A stretch of DNA of 64,000 bases from Myxococcota bacterium (GTDB lineage: Bacteria; Myxococcota_A; UBA9160; UBA4427): NCBI GenBank assembly GCA_965250285.1, contig OZ252299.1, positions 4,384,001 to 4,448,000 on the forward strand, written 5' to 3'. The position numbers and the translations under genes are program-made. Below are positions 1 through 10,349 of this stretch, piece by piece. Position 1 is the stretch's first letter. Every line of letters starts with the position of its first letter. The notes beneath the pieces are model-generated. The model was not told where the DNA came from. It did not search any database and saw only the letters and a list, made by a program, of their open reading frames with translations.

Positions 1-331
1 GCACTGGTGCGGCCCACGACGATCTAGCCCACCTGACCCGCTGGTCGTCGGCACCGACGCAGGCGCACGCCTTGATGTGCGTCGCGTCACGCGTGTGACC
101 CACTCATCCAAGCTGTGAACCGATTCGTTCGCACCGCGCGTTCAGCGGTGTCGTGTGTCATGAGACGGCCGACACACGCGCGCGACGACTTGGCGCGGAG
201 TGATCGGCCGGGTGATTGCAGTCACGGGCGATTCACCTGCCGAACCGATTCATGCCCCATCAACCCTCGAGCCTGCGCATCGGCTCGGGGAGCTCTCATG
301 AACGCGCCGCCGGGCGCGTTCACACCAGGGG

Positions 332-2092
332 ATGGATCTGATCATGGAGCGAAAACGTCGAAACGAACTGATCACGGTGATGACCGTCGGGCTCACCGCC
401 CTCACCACACCCGCGACGAGCGCGTTTGCGCAGAGCAAGACGAAGGAGGTATCGCCCGCGCGCCAGGTCGAGCGCCGCGACCGCGACTCACACCACGAAG
501 ACACGCGACGTGATCGCAAGTCCGACTTCCGCACGCTCGATGGCAGTGAGAACCACACCGGCGATCCCGCGATGAACGCCACCGACACCCCCCTGCTGCG
601 GGTGATGGGCGCCGACTACAGCGACGGGCTGTCGGCGATGTCGGGCATCGACCGTCCGAGCGCGCGCGTCGTGAGCAACGCCGTCTGCGATCAGTCGGAG
701 CTGATCGCCAACCCCTTCGGCACCAGCGACTTTCTCTGGCAGTGGGGGCAGTTCCTCGATCACGACATCGATCTGACCGAGGGCACCGATCCGCCCGAGC
801 CGGCGCCGATCCCGGTGCCGGCGGGTGATCCGTTCTTCGACCCACAGGGCACGGGCGCGGTGTTCATTCCCTTCAACCGCTCGATCCATGACCACGACGC
901 CGAGCCCGGAGACGTGCGCGAGCAGCTGAACGAGATCACGGGCTGGATCGACGCCTCGAACGTCTACGGCTCCGACGAAGAGCGGGCCGCGTTGCTCCGG
1001 ACGCTCGACGGCACGGGACGGCTGCGCGTCGGCCCGGGCGACCTGCTGCCCGATGACGAAGCCACGGGCGACAACGCCACAGGCGGCTCGGCTCAGATCA
1101 TGTTCATCGCCGGCGACATCCGCGCGAACGAGCAGGTCGGCCTCGCCGCCATGCACACCCTCTTCGTGCGTGAGCACAACCGCGTGGCCGACGAGCTGCG
1201 GCGCGCGAACCCGAAGGCGAGCGGCGATGAGATCTACGAACGTGCCCGCATCTGGGTGGGGGCCCTGATGCAGGCCATCACCTATCGCGAGTTCCTGCCC
1301 GCGCTGCTCGGTCGAGACGCTCTGCCCCGGTACGAGGGCTACGACCCCGACGTCGACGCGCGCATCGCGAACGCCTTCTCGACCGCGGCGTACCGCTTTG
1401 GCCACAGCGCGCTCTCGCCGACGCTGCTGCGCCTCGACGCGAATCTGCAGGAGATCCCCGAAGGCTCACTCGCGCTCCGCGATGCCTTCTTCAGCCCGGA
1501 TCGCATCCGCGACGAAGGCGGCATCGAGCCGATCCTGCGCGGGCTCTCACAGCAGGCGCACCAACGCATCGACCCGCTCGTGATCGACGACGTGCGCAAC
1601 TTCCTCTTCGGCCCGCCCGGCGCAGGCGGCTTCGACCTCCCGGCGCTGAACCTGCAGCGCGGCCGCGACCACGGCCTGCCGAGCTATGCGGAGGCACGCC
1701 GCAAGTACGGCCTGTCGCGCGCAAGAAGCTTCGCCGACGTGTCGAGCGATCCGGCCGTCCAGACGCGGCTCGCCGAGGCGTACGGGGACGTCGCGTCGAT
1801 CGATCTCTGGGTGGGCGGCCTCGCTGAAGATCCCGAACGTGGTAGCCAGCTCGGACCGCTCTTCACGCGCATCATCGCCGACCAGTTCGCCGCGCTGCGC
1901 GACGGCGATCGCTACTGGTACGAGCGCACGATGAGCGAAGAGGAGATCCGCGCCGTCAACGACACGCGGCTCGCCGACGTGATTCGCCGCAACACCACGA
2001 TCGGCAGCGAGCTGCCGAGAGACGTGTTCCGGGTCGGTGGCTCGGGCGGAGGATCGGAGCGAGACCGCGACGGTCGTCGGCGACGTCGCTAG
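332..2092 (+). CDS. Animal-type heme peroxidase (peroxidase-cyclooxygenase superfamily), probably secreted
   Basis: Motifs WGQFLDHD, DASNVYGS, GDIRANEQ, FVREHN, AYRFGHS, QRGRDHGLP; N-terminal signal-like segment ending AFAQ; start may be 344. Confidence 0.9.
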   Translation: MDLIMERKRRNELITVMTVGLTALTTPATSAFAQSKTKEVSPARQVERRDRDSHHEDTRRDRKSDFRTLDGSENHTGDPAMNATDTPLLRVMGADYSDGLSAMSGIDRPSARVVSNAVCDQSELIANPFGTSDFLWQWGQFLDHDIDLTEGTDPPEPAPIPVPAGDPFFDPQGTGAVFIPFNRSIHDHDAEPGDVREQLNEITGWIDASNVYGSDEERAALLRTLDGTGRLRVGPGDLLPDDEATGDNATGGSAQIMFIAGDIRANEQVGLAAMHTLFVREHNRVADELRRANPKASGDEIYERARIWVGALMQAITYREFLPALLGRDALPRYEGYDPDVDARIANAFSTAAYRFGHSALSPTLLRLDANLQEIPEGSLALRDAFFSPDRIRDEGGIEPILRGLSQQAHQRIDPLVIDDVRNFLFGPPGAGGFDLPALNLQRGRDHGLPSYAEARRKYGLSRARSFADVSSDPAVQTRLAEAYGDVASIDLWVGGLAEDPERGSQLGPLFTRIIADQFAALRDGDRYWYERTMSEEEIRAVNDTRLADVIRRNTTIGSELPRDVFRVGGSGGGSERDRDGRRRRR

Positions 2093-2157
2093 CCCGACGC
2101 TGCATCTGACGCGGGATCGTCGTCGCTGCGGCGACGGTCCCGCATCGCCTTGCAGCT

Positions 2158-2946
2158 TCAGGCATTGCGCACGGTCTGTCCGCCATCCACCAGGAGGTGG
2201 ACGCCGTTGATGTACGACGCCGCAGGCAGCACCAGACTCAGCGTGGCGTGGGCGACCTCTTCGGGCTCGCCGTAGCGCTCGAGCGGCACGCGCCGTCGCG
2301 CGAACTTCGCCTTCGCGTCGTCGGGGATCGGCGCGGTCATCCCCGTCTTGATCGGCCCCGGGCAGATGCAGTTGACCGTGATGCCACGCGTCGCGAGCTC
2401 GACGGCGAGCGAACGCGTCAGGCCGATCACGCCGTGCTTCGTCACGGTGTACGGACTCCCGAACTTCGTCGCGCCCACGCCTTCGGTCGACGCGATGTTC
2501 ACGATGCGGCCCGCGCCGTCGGCCTCGAGATGCGGCAGCGCCGACTGGATCACGTGAATCTGCCCCTCGAGGTTCACGGCCAGCGCGAGCTGCCACGCCG
2601 CGGCGTGGCCCTCGTGGTCGATGGGTGCAAAGCTCGAGACGCCCGCGTTGTTCACCACGATGCCGAGACCGCCGAAACGCTCGACGATCTCGCCGACCAC
2701 TCGAGCCACCGCGGCGGCGTCCCCCACATCGAGCACCCAGCCGGCCGCGCTCCCGCCGGCCCCTTCGATCTCGGCGACCACGGCTTCGACCCTGGCAGCG
2801 TCGACGTCGGTGACGGCGACGTGGGCCCCTTCGTCGGCGAACAGGTGGGCGGTCGCCCGACCCATCCCGCTCGCGGCACCCGTCACCAGCGCGACGCGGC
2901 CTTCGATCGAACGGGAGAGTCGGGTCAGTCGGCGCGCTTCGGTCAC
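2158..2946 (-). CDS. SDR family oxidoreductase
   Basis: TGAASGMG, NNAG, YxxxK (YTVTK), VNCICPG; GTG start chosen. Confidence 0.9.
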   Translation of the reverse strand: MTEARRLTRLSRSIEGRVALVTGAASGMGRATAHLFADEGAHVAVTDVDAARVEAVVAEIEGAGGSAAGWVLDVGDAAAVARVVGEIVERFGGLGIVVNNAGVSSFAPIDHEGHAAAWQLALAVNLEGQIHVIQSALPHLEADGAGRIVNIASTEGVGATKFGSPYTVTKHGVIGLTRSLAVELATRGITVNCICPGPIKTGMTAPIPDDAKAKFARRRVPLERYGEPEEVAHATLSLVLPAASYINGVHLLVDGGQTVRNA

Positions 2947-3193
2947 TGTTGCCTCCGGGTCTCGGGGAGCGCGCACTGTAGCGTGCGCGCCCCGCTCACT
3001 CGTGGGCGGCTGCGCGCGCCCCGGCACGGGTCGCGGCGCGGCTCAGAGCGCGCTCACGGCAGGCCGCACCCCCACATCAGACTCCAGGGCGCTTCGAGTC
3101 AGCGAATCCCCCGCGGCGCCGAGGGGGCCGGGGGTGCATCGGCGCCGCCCTCCGTCACTCTCTCGTTTCATCTCGCGCTGGAGGTTCCACCCC

Positions 3194-4003
3194 GTGGTCT
3201 CGCACCTGCTCGGCCTGCCGGAGACGCCGCTCGTCACGTTCCTGACGCTGGTGGTGGGCGGGCTGTCGCTCTTCTTCATCCTCGGCGCGCTCTCCTACGC
3301 CTTTTTCTTCGTGGTGCGGCGAGACCGGTTCCACCCGCAGTACGAGGCCGATGGCCGCTCGGTGCGCAAGGCGATGAAGTGGTCGGCGATCTCGGTCATC
3401 GGCAACGCGATCCTCGTCGCGCCGTTCCACTATCTGCTCGCCCAGGGCTACGGCGGCATCTACTGGGACGTCGCCGAGCATGGCTGGGCCTGGATCTTCG
3501 GCTCGGTAGCGCTGATGCTCGTCTGGGGCGAGACGCTCATCTACTGGATCCACCGCGCCCTGCACGGCAACTTTCTCTTCCGCCGCCTGCATCACATCCA
3601 TCATCAGTGGCGCGAATCGACGCCGTGGGTGGGCGTCGCCTTCCATCCCCTCGACGCCTTCTTTCAAGGCCTGCCGCACCACGTCTTTGCGTTCGTCTTT
3701 CCCGTGCACGCGGGCGTCTACCTGCTGTCGGTGAGCCTCGTGTCAGTGTGGGCGGTTTCGATTCACGATCGCGTGTCGTTCGTCCGCTGGCCCTGGCTCA
3801 ACAACACCGGGCATCACACGCTCCACCACTGGTACTGCGACTACAACTTCGGCCAGTACACGACCTTCTGGGATCGCCTCTGCGGCACCCACAAGTCGCC
3901 GTTCTACGATTGCGAAGACGTGCCCGAGGGAGTGCTCGCGGAGACCTGGCGCGCGGCGCGCGCCGAATCGCCCGAGGTCGAAGCGCGGCAGGCCGCCGCC
4001 TAG
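3194..4003 (+). CDS. Sterol desaturase / fatty acid hydroxylase family membrane protein
   Basis: His boxes HRALH, HHIHH, HTLHH and NFGQYTTFWDRLCGT; GTG start after GGAGG. Confidence 0.88.
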   Translation: MVSHLLGLPETPLVTFLTLVVGGLSLFFILGALSYAFFFVVRRDRFHPQYEADGRSVRKAMKWSAISVIGNAILVAPFHYLLAQGYGGIYWDVAEHGWAWIFGSVALMLVWGETLIYWIHRALHGNFLFRRLHHIHHQWRESTPWVGVAFHPLDAFFQGLPHHVFAFVFPVHAGVYLLSVSLVSVWAVSIHDRVSFVRWPWLNNTGHHTLHHWYCDYNFGQYTTFWDRLCGTHKSPFYDCEDVPEGVLAETWRAARAESPEVEARQAAA

Positions 4004-4024
4004 CCGGCGCGAGCGCGACGCCGC

Positions 4025-4720
4025 CTACTCGCCCGCCAGTACTTCGATGCGATTGCCGTCGGGGTCGGTCAGGATACGCGCTGTCTCGCCGCGTCGGAGC
4101 ACGCGCAGCACGACCGCATCGATCCCGATCTGCCCCTCGCGCGGCGCGTCGAGCGCGGCGGTGTCACCGCGGGGCTGCCAGAGCTTGAGCGTCGAGCCTC
4201 CGGCGTCGAAGCCATGGCGCGTCACCCCTTTCGAGATCTCGGCGGGCGGCTGCGCCTTCAGGCCGAGCTCTCGCTCGTAGAAGGCGCAAGACGCCTCGGC
4301 GTCGCGCACGGTGAGCCCGACCTGGATCGGCCGAGGCGGTGGCGGAGCGCCCAGGCCGATCAGCTCGAGGGTGTTGCCGTCGGGGTCGCGGGCGAAGCGA
4401 ATCGCGAGTCGCCCGGGCAGATCGACCCCCGGCGCAACCCGTCGCCCCAGCGCCTCGAGGCGCGCACACACGGCATCGAGGTCTTCGACGAGCAGCGCGA
4501 CGACGCGCAGGCCGATCGCGTCATAGATGCCCTTGGGCGATGACCGCTCCGCCTCGCTGGCGCGCCGGAAGGCGAGCCTCTGTGCACCGAGCGACACGGC
4601 GGCCTCGGCGCGCCACGGCGTCGCATCGGCCACTCGCCCGGCCCCGAAGTTCTCCTGGTAGAACGCCGCCAGCCCCGCCGGGTCGGCTGTGGCGAGCACC
4701 AGATCGAGTCCTTCGGTCAC
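4025..4720 (-). CDS. Two-domain VOC/glyoxalase family protein
   Basis: Two FY...DPDGNxxE modules (RDPDGNTLE, TDPDGNRIE). Confidence 0.8.
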   Translation of the reverse strand: MTEGLDLVLATADPAGLAAFYQENFGAGRVADATPWRAEAAVSLGAQRLAFRRASEAERSSPKGIYDAIGLRVVALLVEDLDAVCARLEALGRRVAPGVDLPGRLAIRFARDPDGNTLELIGLGAPPPPRPIQVGLTVRDAEASCAFYERELGLKAQPPAEISKGVTRHGFDAGGSTLKLWQPRGDTAALDAPREGQIGIDAVVLRVLRRGETARILTDPDGNRIEVLAGE

Positions 4721-4894
4721 CTTGATTCTCCCTTGGTGTGAGTCTAGGCGAGCCAACCGGGGCGTGGCCCTCGTGATCGACGGGCCCGGCCCGAGCCGCG
4801 AGTGGCGTGGCTGCCGCGATCGGCGCGGGTTAGCCTCGCCGGTCCGCCCGGGCACGCCCGGCGGCCCCGGATCACCCTGCCAGGAGACGCGCCC

Positions 4895-6583
4895 ATGTCC
4901 GAGCCCCAGATGTCCTTCGAAGAAGCCTGCGCCGAGCTGACCGGCGAAGGCGGTCGTTTCGAGATCAGCGAGGCCGAGATTCGCGGGGAGACCTACCGGG
5001 TGTTCAAGGCGACGCCGCCGCACCTGCGCATCGCCTATCAGCTCGCGAAGTCGCGCGGCGACGCCGAGTTCCTGATCTACGAAGACGAGCGCTACTCGTT
5101 CGCCGACGTCGTCGGCCAGGCCGAAGAGCTCGCCGCCGCCCTGGTGAATACCCACGGCGTCCAGAAGGGCGACCGCGTCGCGATCGCGATGCGCAACTAC
5201 CCCGAGTGGATCATCGCCTTCACGGCGATCACGAGTGTGGGGGCCGTCGCGGTCTGCATGAATGCGTGGTGGACCACCGACGAGATGCAGTACGGCCTCG
5301 AGGATTCGGGGGCGAAGCTGCTGATCGCCGATCAGGAGCGCCTCGACCGCGCGAAGGGGTTGCTCGAAGGGCTGGATGCCCGCTGCATCGCCGTACGCTG
5401 CGAGGGTGAGCTGCCGCCGCGGACGATCGCCTGGGCAGATGCGCGCGAGCCGGGTGCGAGCTTTCCCGACATCGACATCGACCCCGATGACGACGCAACG
5501 ATCCTCTACACGTCGGGCACGACGGGCAACCCGAAGGGCGCCGTCTCGACCCACCGTGCGATCTTCTCGGCGCTGCTCTCGTACGCGTGCCGCTCGGCGA
5601 CGCAACAGATGATGTACCCGCCGAAGGAGGAGAGCCCGTACCCGACGTGCTTCATCCTCTGCGTGCCGCTCTTCCACGTGACGGGGCTGATCCCGGTCAT
5701 GATGAGCTGCTACCTCGGCGGCTTCAAGCTCGTGATCATGTACAAGTGGGTGCCCGAGCGCGCGCTCGAGCTCGTCGAACGTGAGCGCATCACGCAGTTC
5801 GTCGGTGTGCCGACGATGTCATGGGACATGCTCGAGTCGCCCGACTTCGAGAAGTACGACACGTCGAGCCTGGCCTCGATTGGTGGCGGCGGCGCGCCCG
5901 CACCGCCCGAGCTCGTGTCGCGCATCGACAAGAACTTCAAGCGAGGTGCGCCCGGCATCGGCTACGGCATGACCGAGACCTGCGCCTACGGCCCGCAGAA
6001 CAGCGGCGCCGACTATCTGCGCAAGCCCCGCAGTGCGGGTCGCACGGTGCCGACCATGCAGGTGAAGGTCGCCGACGAGGCCGGCAACGAGTTGCCCCGG
6101 GGCGAGGTCGGCGAAATCATGTTCAAGGGCCCCAACCTGATTCGCGGCTACTGGAACAAGCCCGAGGCGACGGCCGACACGTTCCTCGACGGCTGGCTCA
6201 AGAGTGGCGACCTCGGGCGCATGGACGAAGAGGGTTTCATCTTCGTCGAAGATCGCGCCAAGGACATGGTGTTGCGCGCCGGCGAGAACATCTACTCGGC
6301 CGAGGTCGAGGCGGTGATCTACGAGTTCGAGGGCGTGTACGAGGCGGCCGTGTTCGGCCTGCCCCACGAGCGGCTGGGCGAAGAGCTCGCCGTGGCGATC
6401 GTGCCGAAGCAAGGCGTCACCATCGACGTCGATGCGCTGAAGGCGCACATCGGCGCGCACCTCGCCGCGTTCAAGGTGCCCAGCTACGTCGAGTTCCACG
6501 ACGAGCAGCTGCCGCGCAACGCGTCGGGAAAGATCCTCAAGCGATCGCTGCGCGACGCGATCGTCGAGCAGCGCGGCAGCTGA
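4895..6583 (+). CDS. Class I adenylate-forming enzyme (acyl-CoA ligase)
   Basis: YTSGTTGNPKG, GYGMTET, SGDLG, LPRNASGKILK. Confidence 0.92.
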   Translation: MSEPQMSFEEACAELTGEGGRFEISEAEIRGETYRVFKATPPHLRIAYQLAKSRGDAEFLIYEDERYSFADVVGQAEELAAALVNTHGVQKGDRVAIAMRNYPEWIIAFTAITSVGAVAVCMNAWWTTDEMQYGLEDSGAKLLIADQERLDRAKGLLEGLDARCIAVRCEGELPPRTIAWADAREPGASFPDIDIDPDDDATILYTSGTTGNPKGAVSTHRAIFSALLSYACRSATQQMMYPPKEESPYPTCFILCVPLFHVTGLIPVMMSCYLGGFKLVIMYKWVPERALELVERERITQFVGVPTMSWDMLESPDFEKYDTSSLASIGGGGAPAPPELVSRIDKNFKRGAPGIGYGMTETCAYGPQNSGADYLRKPRSAGRTVPTMQVKVADEAGNELPRGEVGEIMFKGPNLIRGYWNKPEATADTFLDGWLKSGDLGRMDEEGFIFVEDRAKDMVLRAGENIYSAEVEAVIYEFEGVYEAAVFGLPHERLGEELAVAIVPKQGVTIDVDALKAHIGAHLAAFKVPSYVEFHDEQLPRNASGKILKRSLRDAIVEQRGS

Positions 6584-6637
6584 GAGGCCGCTACGCGGCG
6601 GCCGATGTGCCGCGCTACGCGGCGGCTGAGAGCCCCG

Positions 6638-7540
6638 CTACGCGCTGGCACCGTCGAGCTCGTCGCGAAACGACTCGAGCGCGGCGATCGTCTCGGCGGG
6701 ACCGACGAAGCCGCCCGGCCGACCGCCGACGAAGGCGGCCGCGGTGTCCATCGCACGCAGACTGACGTGGGTGCCACCGGCCTCTCGCCAGAAGGCGAGG
6801 TCGGCTGCCCGTTCGTCGGGTGTGTGCGAAGCGTCGATGACCGCTTCGAGGCCGAAGTCCTCTCCGACCGCGCGACCGTGCGATTCGAGACGCACCCTCA
6901 GGTCGTCGAGCATGCGTGCGCAGCGGCGCGGCGGCGCGCCGAAGACGAAGCCGTCGCCGAGGCGCGCGGCCCGCTCGAACGCGGCGGCGACGAAGCCGCC
7001 GAACCAGATCGGCAGGCCGGCGCGGGCGCGCGGCAGCAGCCCCGCGCGGTCGACCCGGTGAAAACGACCCTCGAAGTCGACCAGTCGTTCGCCAAAGAGC
7101 GCGCGCAGCAGCTCGACCTGCTCGGTCAGACGCGCGCCGCGCGTGGCGTAGTCGGTGCCGAGCGACGTGTACTCGACGTGGTTCCAGCCGCTGCCGACGG
7201 CGAGCCGCACGCGACCTCTCGACAGCAGGTCGACCTCGGCGACCTGCTTCGCGACGAGCGCCGTCTGGCGCTGGGGCAGGATCAGCACCCCCGTGGCGAG
7301 CTCGATGCGCTCGGTGCACGCGGCCATGAACGCCATCGTGGTGAGCGGCTCGTGAAAGGCGTCGTCTTCGGTGTAGGGGCCGGCGAGCGGCGGGTCTCGC
7401 CTCTCGTGGGACGCCGCCAACACGTGGTCGAAGAGCACGACGTGGTCGTAGCCGAGCCCCTCGGCCGCCTGCACCCAGTCACGCACGGCCGCAGGGTCGT
7501 CGCCGATCTCGGTCGTCGGAAAGATCGCCCCGATCTTCAT
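6638..7540 (-). CDS. LLM class (putatively F420-dependent) oxidoreductase
   Basis: AEGLGYDHVVLFDHV, LILPQRQTALVAKQVAEVDLLSRGR. Confidence 0.88.
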   Translation of the reverse strand: MKIGAIFPTTEIGDDPAAVRDWVQAAEGLGYDHVVLFDHVLAASHERRDPPLAGPYTEDDAFHEPLTTMAFMAACTERIELATGVLILPQRQTALVAKQVAEVDLLSRGRVRLAVGSGWNHVEYTSLGTDYATRGARLTEQVELLRALFGERLVDFEGRFHRVDRAGLLPRARAGLPIWFGGFVAAAFERAARLGDGFVFGAPPRRCARMLDDLRVRLESHGRAVGEDFGLEAVIDASHTPDERAADLAFWREAGGTHVSLRAMDTAAAFVGGRPGGFVGPAETIAALESFRDELDGASA

Positions 7541-7568
7541 GCGCGATGTCCGGGGGGTCGGCCGAAGG

Positions 7569-8555
7569 TCACTCCCCGTCGCCCCCATCGCGCGCGCCCG
7601 GTCCGAGCTGCCCGCGCATCTGGGCCTCCATCGCCTGGATCCCCGGCCCCGCGAACTGTTCGCGCAGCGCGTCGAGCTTCTCGTACCCCGAAGCGGCCTC
7701 GGCGTCCCACTCGTCGGCGAAGCGCCCGCTTTCGATGTCGTCGGTGAGTCGTCTCATGATCGGAGCGAAGTCGAGGGCGTCGTACTCGCCCCGCCTCGAG
7801 AGCTGGCCATACTGGCTCGCCGGCGAATGGAAGCCGAGCTGTCCGGTGAAGCCGACTTCGCGCAAGAGTCGATAATTGCGCTCGACCTCCCCCGACATGA
7901 ACAGCTCGGTGAGGATCGCCTCCATCGGGATGCCAGCCCCGAGCATCGTGAGCACGAAGCTCTGGTTCACGTGAGCGAGCGCGGGCGAGAGCACCTGCTC
8001 GACGGCCAGGTCGAGCACCGCCTCCTGCTTCGGCGTCAGCTCGATCGCGCCCTCGCGCAGGCCACCGATCCCCTTCGCGACACTCAGCGTGCGTGCCAGC
8101 GCCTGCCCCGTGGCATCGCGGTGGACGCCGACGGCGGTGATGAAGCCGGCGCCCTCTTCGTAGCATCGGCGCACCTCGGGCCCGAGCATGCGCGGCGCCA
8201 CCATGCCGAGATCACCCGGCGGCAGCCAGCGATCGAAGCCGAACGCGTAGCCGCTGGCCACGATCGTGAGCGCGTCTTCGGCGCGCTCGATGGGCAGCTG
8301 CGGGATCGCGTCGTCGGGCACGAGCACACAGGCGATCTTCGACGCGCTCGCGTCTTCGAGATCACCCGTCTCGAACCCGTCGCGCTCGGCCTCGGCGCGC
8401 GTCTCGTCGGCGCGCACACACACCCGCACGCGGGCGCCCGAATCGCGGAGGTTGAGGGCCCAGCTGCGACCCTGATTGCCGTAGCCGACCACGGCGAGCG
8501 GCTCTTCACGAATCGGCGCGAGGTCGGCGTCGGCGTCGTGATGGATCGTCGTCAT
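7569..8555 (-). CDS. Ketol-acid reductoisomerase-like protein (divergent IlvC)
   Basis: VVGYGNQGRSWALNLRDSG, LVPD, EAVLDLAVEQ, HSPASQYG, IESGRFADEW. Confidence 0.8.
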   Translation of the reverse strand: MTTIHHDADADLAPIREEPLAVVGYGNQGRSWALNLRDSGARVRVCVRADETRAEAERDGFETGDLEDASASKIACVLVPDDAIPQLPIERAEDALTIVASGYAFGFDRWLPPGDLGMVAPRMLGPEVRRCYEEGAGFITAVGVHRDATGQALARTLSVAKGIGGLREGAIELTPKQEAVLDLAVEQVLSPALAHVNQSFVLTMLGAGIPMEAILTELFMSGEVERNYRLLREVGFTGQLGFHSPASQYGQLSRRGEYDALDFAPIMRRLTDDIESGRFADEWDAEAASGYEKLDALREQFAGPGIQAMEAQMRGQLGPGARDGGDGE

Positions 8556-8648
8556 CGAAATTCTCCCTGCACGCGCACGCAGCGGTGTCGGATTGGTGCC
8601 GGTTCACCCATTCAAGCACACTGGTCTCGTTCGAGTTCGGAGATTCGA

Positions 8649-10331
8649 TTGCAGGATCGGAAAGACGCGCGCATCGCTCTACCGAGCCCCGCCCGTCGCA
8701 GCTTCCTGAAGCAGAGCCTCGGGCTCGGCATGGGCGTGGGTACGGCTGCACTCGCCGGGCCCCTTGCCGGCTGCACCGGCGCGGAAGCCGAAGCGCCACC
8801 GGCCGGCGCCGACGGGTGGGATGCGGGCGAGGTCGCGCATCTGCTGCCGACCGCGAGCGACCGCCGCGTTCGACTGAAGGCCTCGTTCAGACGGCCCCAG
8901 CCCGACACCCCGCTGTTGGTCGTGGGCGACCAGCGCGTCCCCGGTGAGCGCACCGACTCGGCCGGCCGATTCTTCACATTCGACGTGGGCCGGCTGTCGC
9001 CGGCCACCGTCCATCGCCTGCAGCTCGTGCGCAGCGACGGGTCGCCGCTCTGCGAAGACTGGCCGCTGCGCACCTTTCCGACACCCGACGCCTCCCCCGA
9101 TCGGTTCCGGCTGCTGGCCTTCACGTGTGCCGGCGGGCCCGACGATCTGTACTCATTCGGCTCGCTCTTCAACGCGTATCTGCCGATCGCAGCGCGGCAG
9201 CGGCTCTTCGCCCGCGCGCTTTCGTACGCCCCCGACGCGATGATGGCCAATGGCGATCACGTCTACTGGGACATGAAGAGCCGCTTCGGCTGGGCGATGG
9301 GCCAGTCGCCGATCGCGTGGTGGCAGGCGGGCTTCTTCGATCGCGACGCGCCGATCGCTGGACACCCGAACGAGCAGGTGCTCGTCCGCGCCTTCGAGCG
9401 CCAGATCGCAGGCCTCTACGGCGTCGCGTTTCGATCGACGCCTGCGTTCTTCTTGCAGGACGATCACGACTACGGCGAGAACGACGAGGCCAGCGATGCG
9501 CTGCGCACCTTCCCCGCCGATCCGTTCATGGTCGACCTCGCGCGCACGACCCAGCGTCTGTTCTACCCCGAGCTGCTCGCGGGCGAGGGGCTGCCGCGGG
9601 CCTGGCAGAGCAGCGATGGCCTCGCCGAGAGCTTCGGCACCCTGCGCTACGGCCGACTCTTCGAAGCGCTGCTCTACGACTGTCGGCGCGCCCTTCGCAA
9701 CGCGGCCGATCCGGCCACCGGTCATGCCGACTCGGGTTTCGTACCGCCCGACATCGAGGCATGGCTCGTCGCGCGCAGCCGCGGCTCGGATGCAGCGCAC
9801 CTCGTGCACATGCCGTCGACCCCCGTGCTCTGGACGGCCGGCAAGTGGGGGGAGTGGTATCCCGATGCCAAGGACGAAGCGGGCGCATTGCGGGCCGATG
9901 GGGCGAAGCCCTACTGGCCGCAGGGTTGGAACGATCAGCACGATCGTCTGCTGGCCGCGCTCGCCTCGCGCACCGACCGCACGCCGGTCTTCGCGAGCGG
10001 CGATCTGCATGCGATCGCATCGGGACGCATTCACGCGAGCCGCGAGCTGAACCTCGACGCAAACCCCGTGGTGAGCTTGCTCGTCGGCCCGATCGGCACT
10101 GGTGCCCTCGGCTGGCCTTCGAAGTTCCGAGCCCAGCGCCCGAAGCCTTCGGGCACGCTGACCGCAGAGGAGTGGACGAAGCCGATCGAGGAGAACGGCT
10201 TCAGCCTGCTCGACTTCACGCCCGACGCGATGACCGTCTCGATGTTCCGCTGGCGTCCCGAGCAGGGACTCGACGCCATCGATTCGCTCGAGCCGTTCGA
10301 GGTGCGCCGGCTGCCGCGACCCGGCGCCTAG
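8649..10331 (+). CDS. Tat-exported PhoD-like metallophosphoesterase, possibly a lipoprotein
   Basis: RRSFLK twin-arginine motif, LAGC lipobox-like; metal motifs NGDHVYWD, QDDHD, SGDLH; start uncertain (TTG). Confidence 0.7.
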   Translation: MQDRKDARIALPSPARRSFLKQSLGLGMGVGTAALAGPLAGCTGAEAEAPPAGADGWDAGEVAHLLPTASDRRVRLKASFRRPQPDTPLLVVGDQRVPGERTDSAGRFFTFDVGRLSPATVHRLQLVRSDGSPLCEDWPLRTFPTPDASPDRFRLLAFTCAGGPDDLYSFGSLFNAYLPIAARQRLFARALSYAPDAMMANGDHVYWDMKSRFGWAMGQSPIAWWQAGFFDRDAPIAGHPNEQVLVRAFERQIAGLYGVAFRSTPAFFLQDDHDYGENDEASDALRTFPADPFMVDLARTTQRLFYPELLAGEGLPRAWQSSDGLAESFGTLRYGRLFEALLYDCRRALRNAADPATGHADSGFVPPDIEAWLVARSRGSDAAHLVHMPSTPVLWTAGKWGEWYPDAKDEAGALRADGAKPYWPQGWNDQHDRLLAALASRTDRTPVFASGDLHAIASGRIHASRELNLDANPVVSLLVGPIGTGALGWPSKFRAQRPKPSGTLTAEEWTKPIEENGFSLLDFTPDAMTVSMFRWRPEQGLDAIDSLEPFEVRRLPRPGA

Positions 10332-10349
10332 GCGCGGCCCGCGCCCGGC

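Noticed and set aside
2197..4188. Many long Arg/Ala/Pro-rich alternative-frame ORFs (e.g. 2197-4188, 30287-32185, 55473-57320, 57850-59640)
   Set aside because: Typical shadow ORFs of high-GC DNA overlapping well-supported genes, with no recognisable motifs.
6587..6645. Three short CGCTACGCG repeats between convergent genes
   Set aside because: Too short and GC-rich, and not seen elsewhere as a REP-like family.
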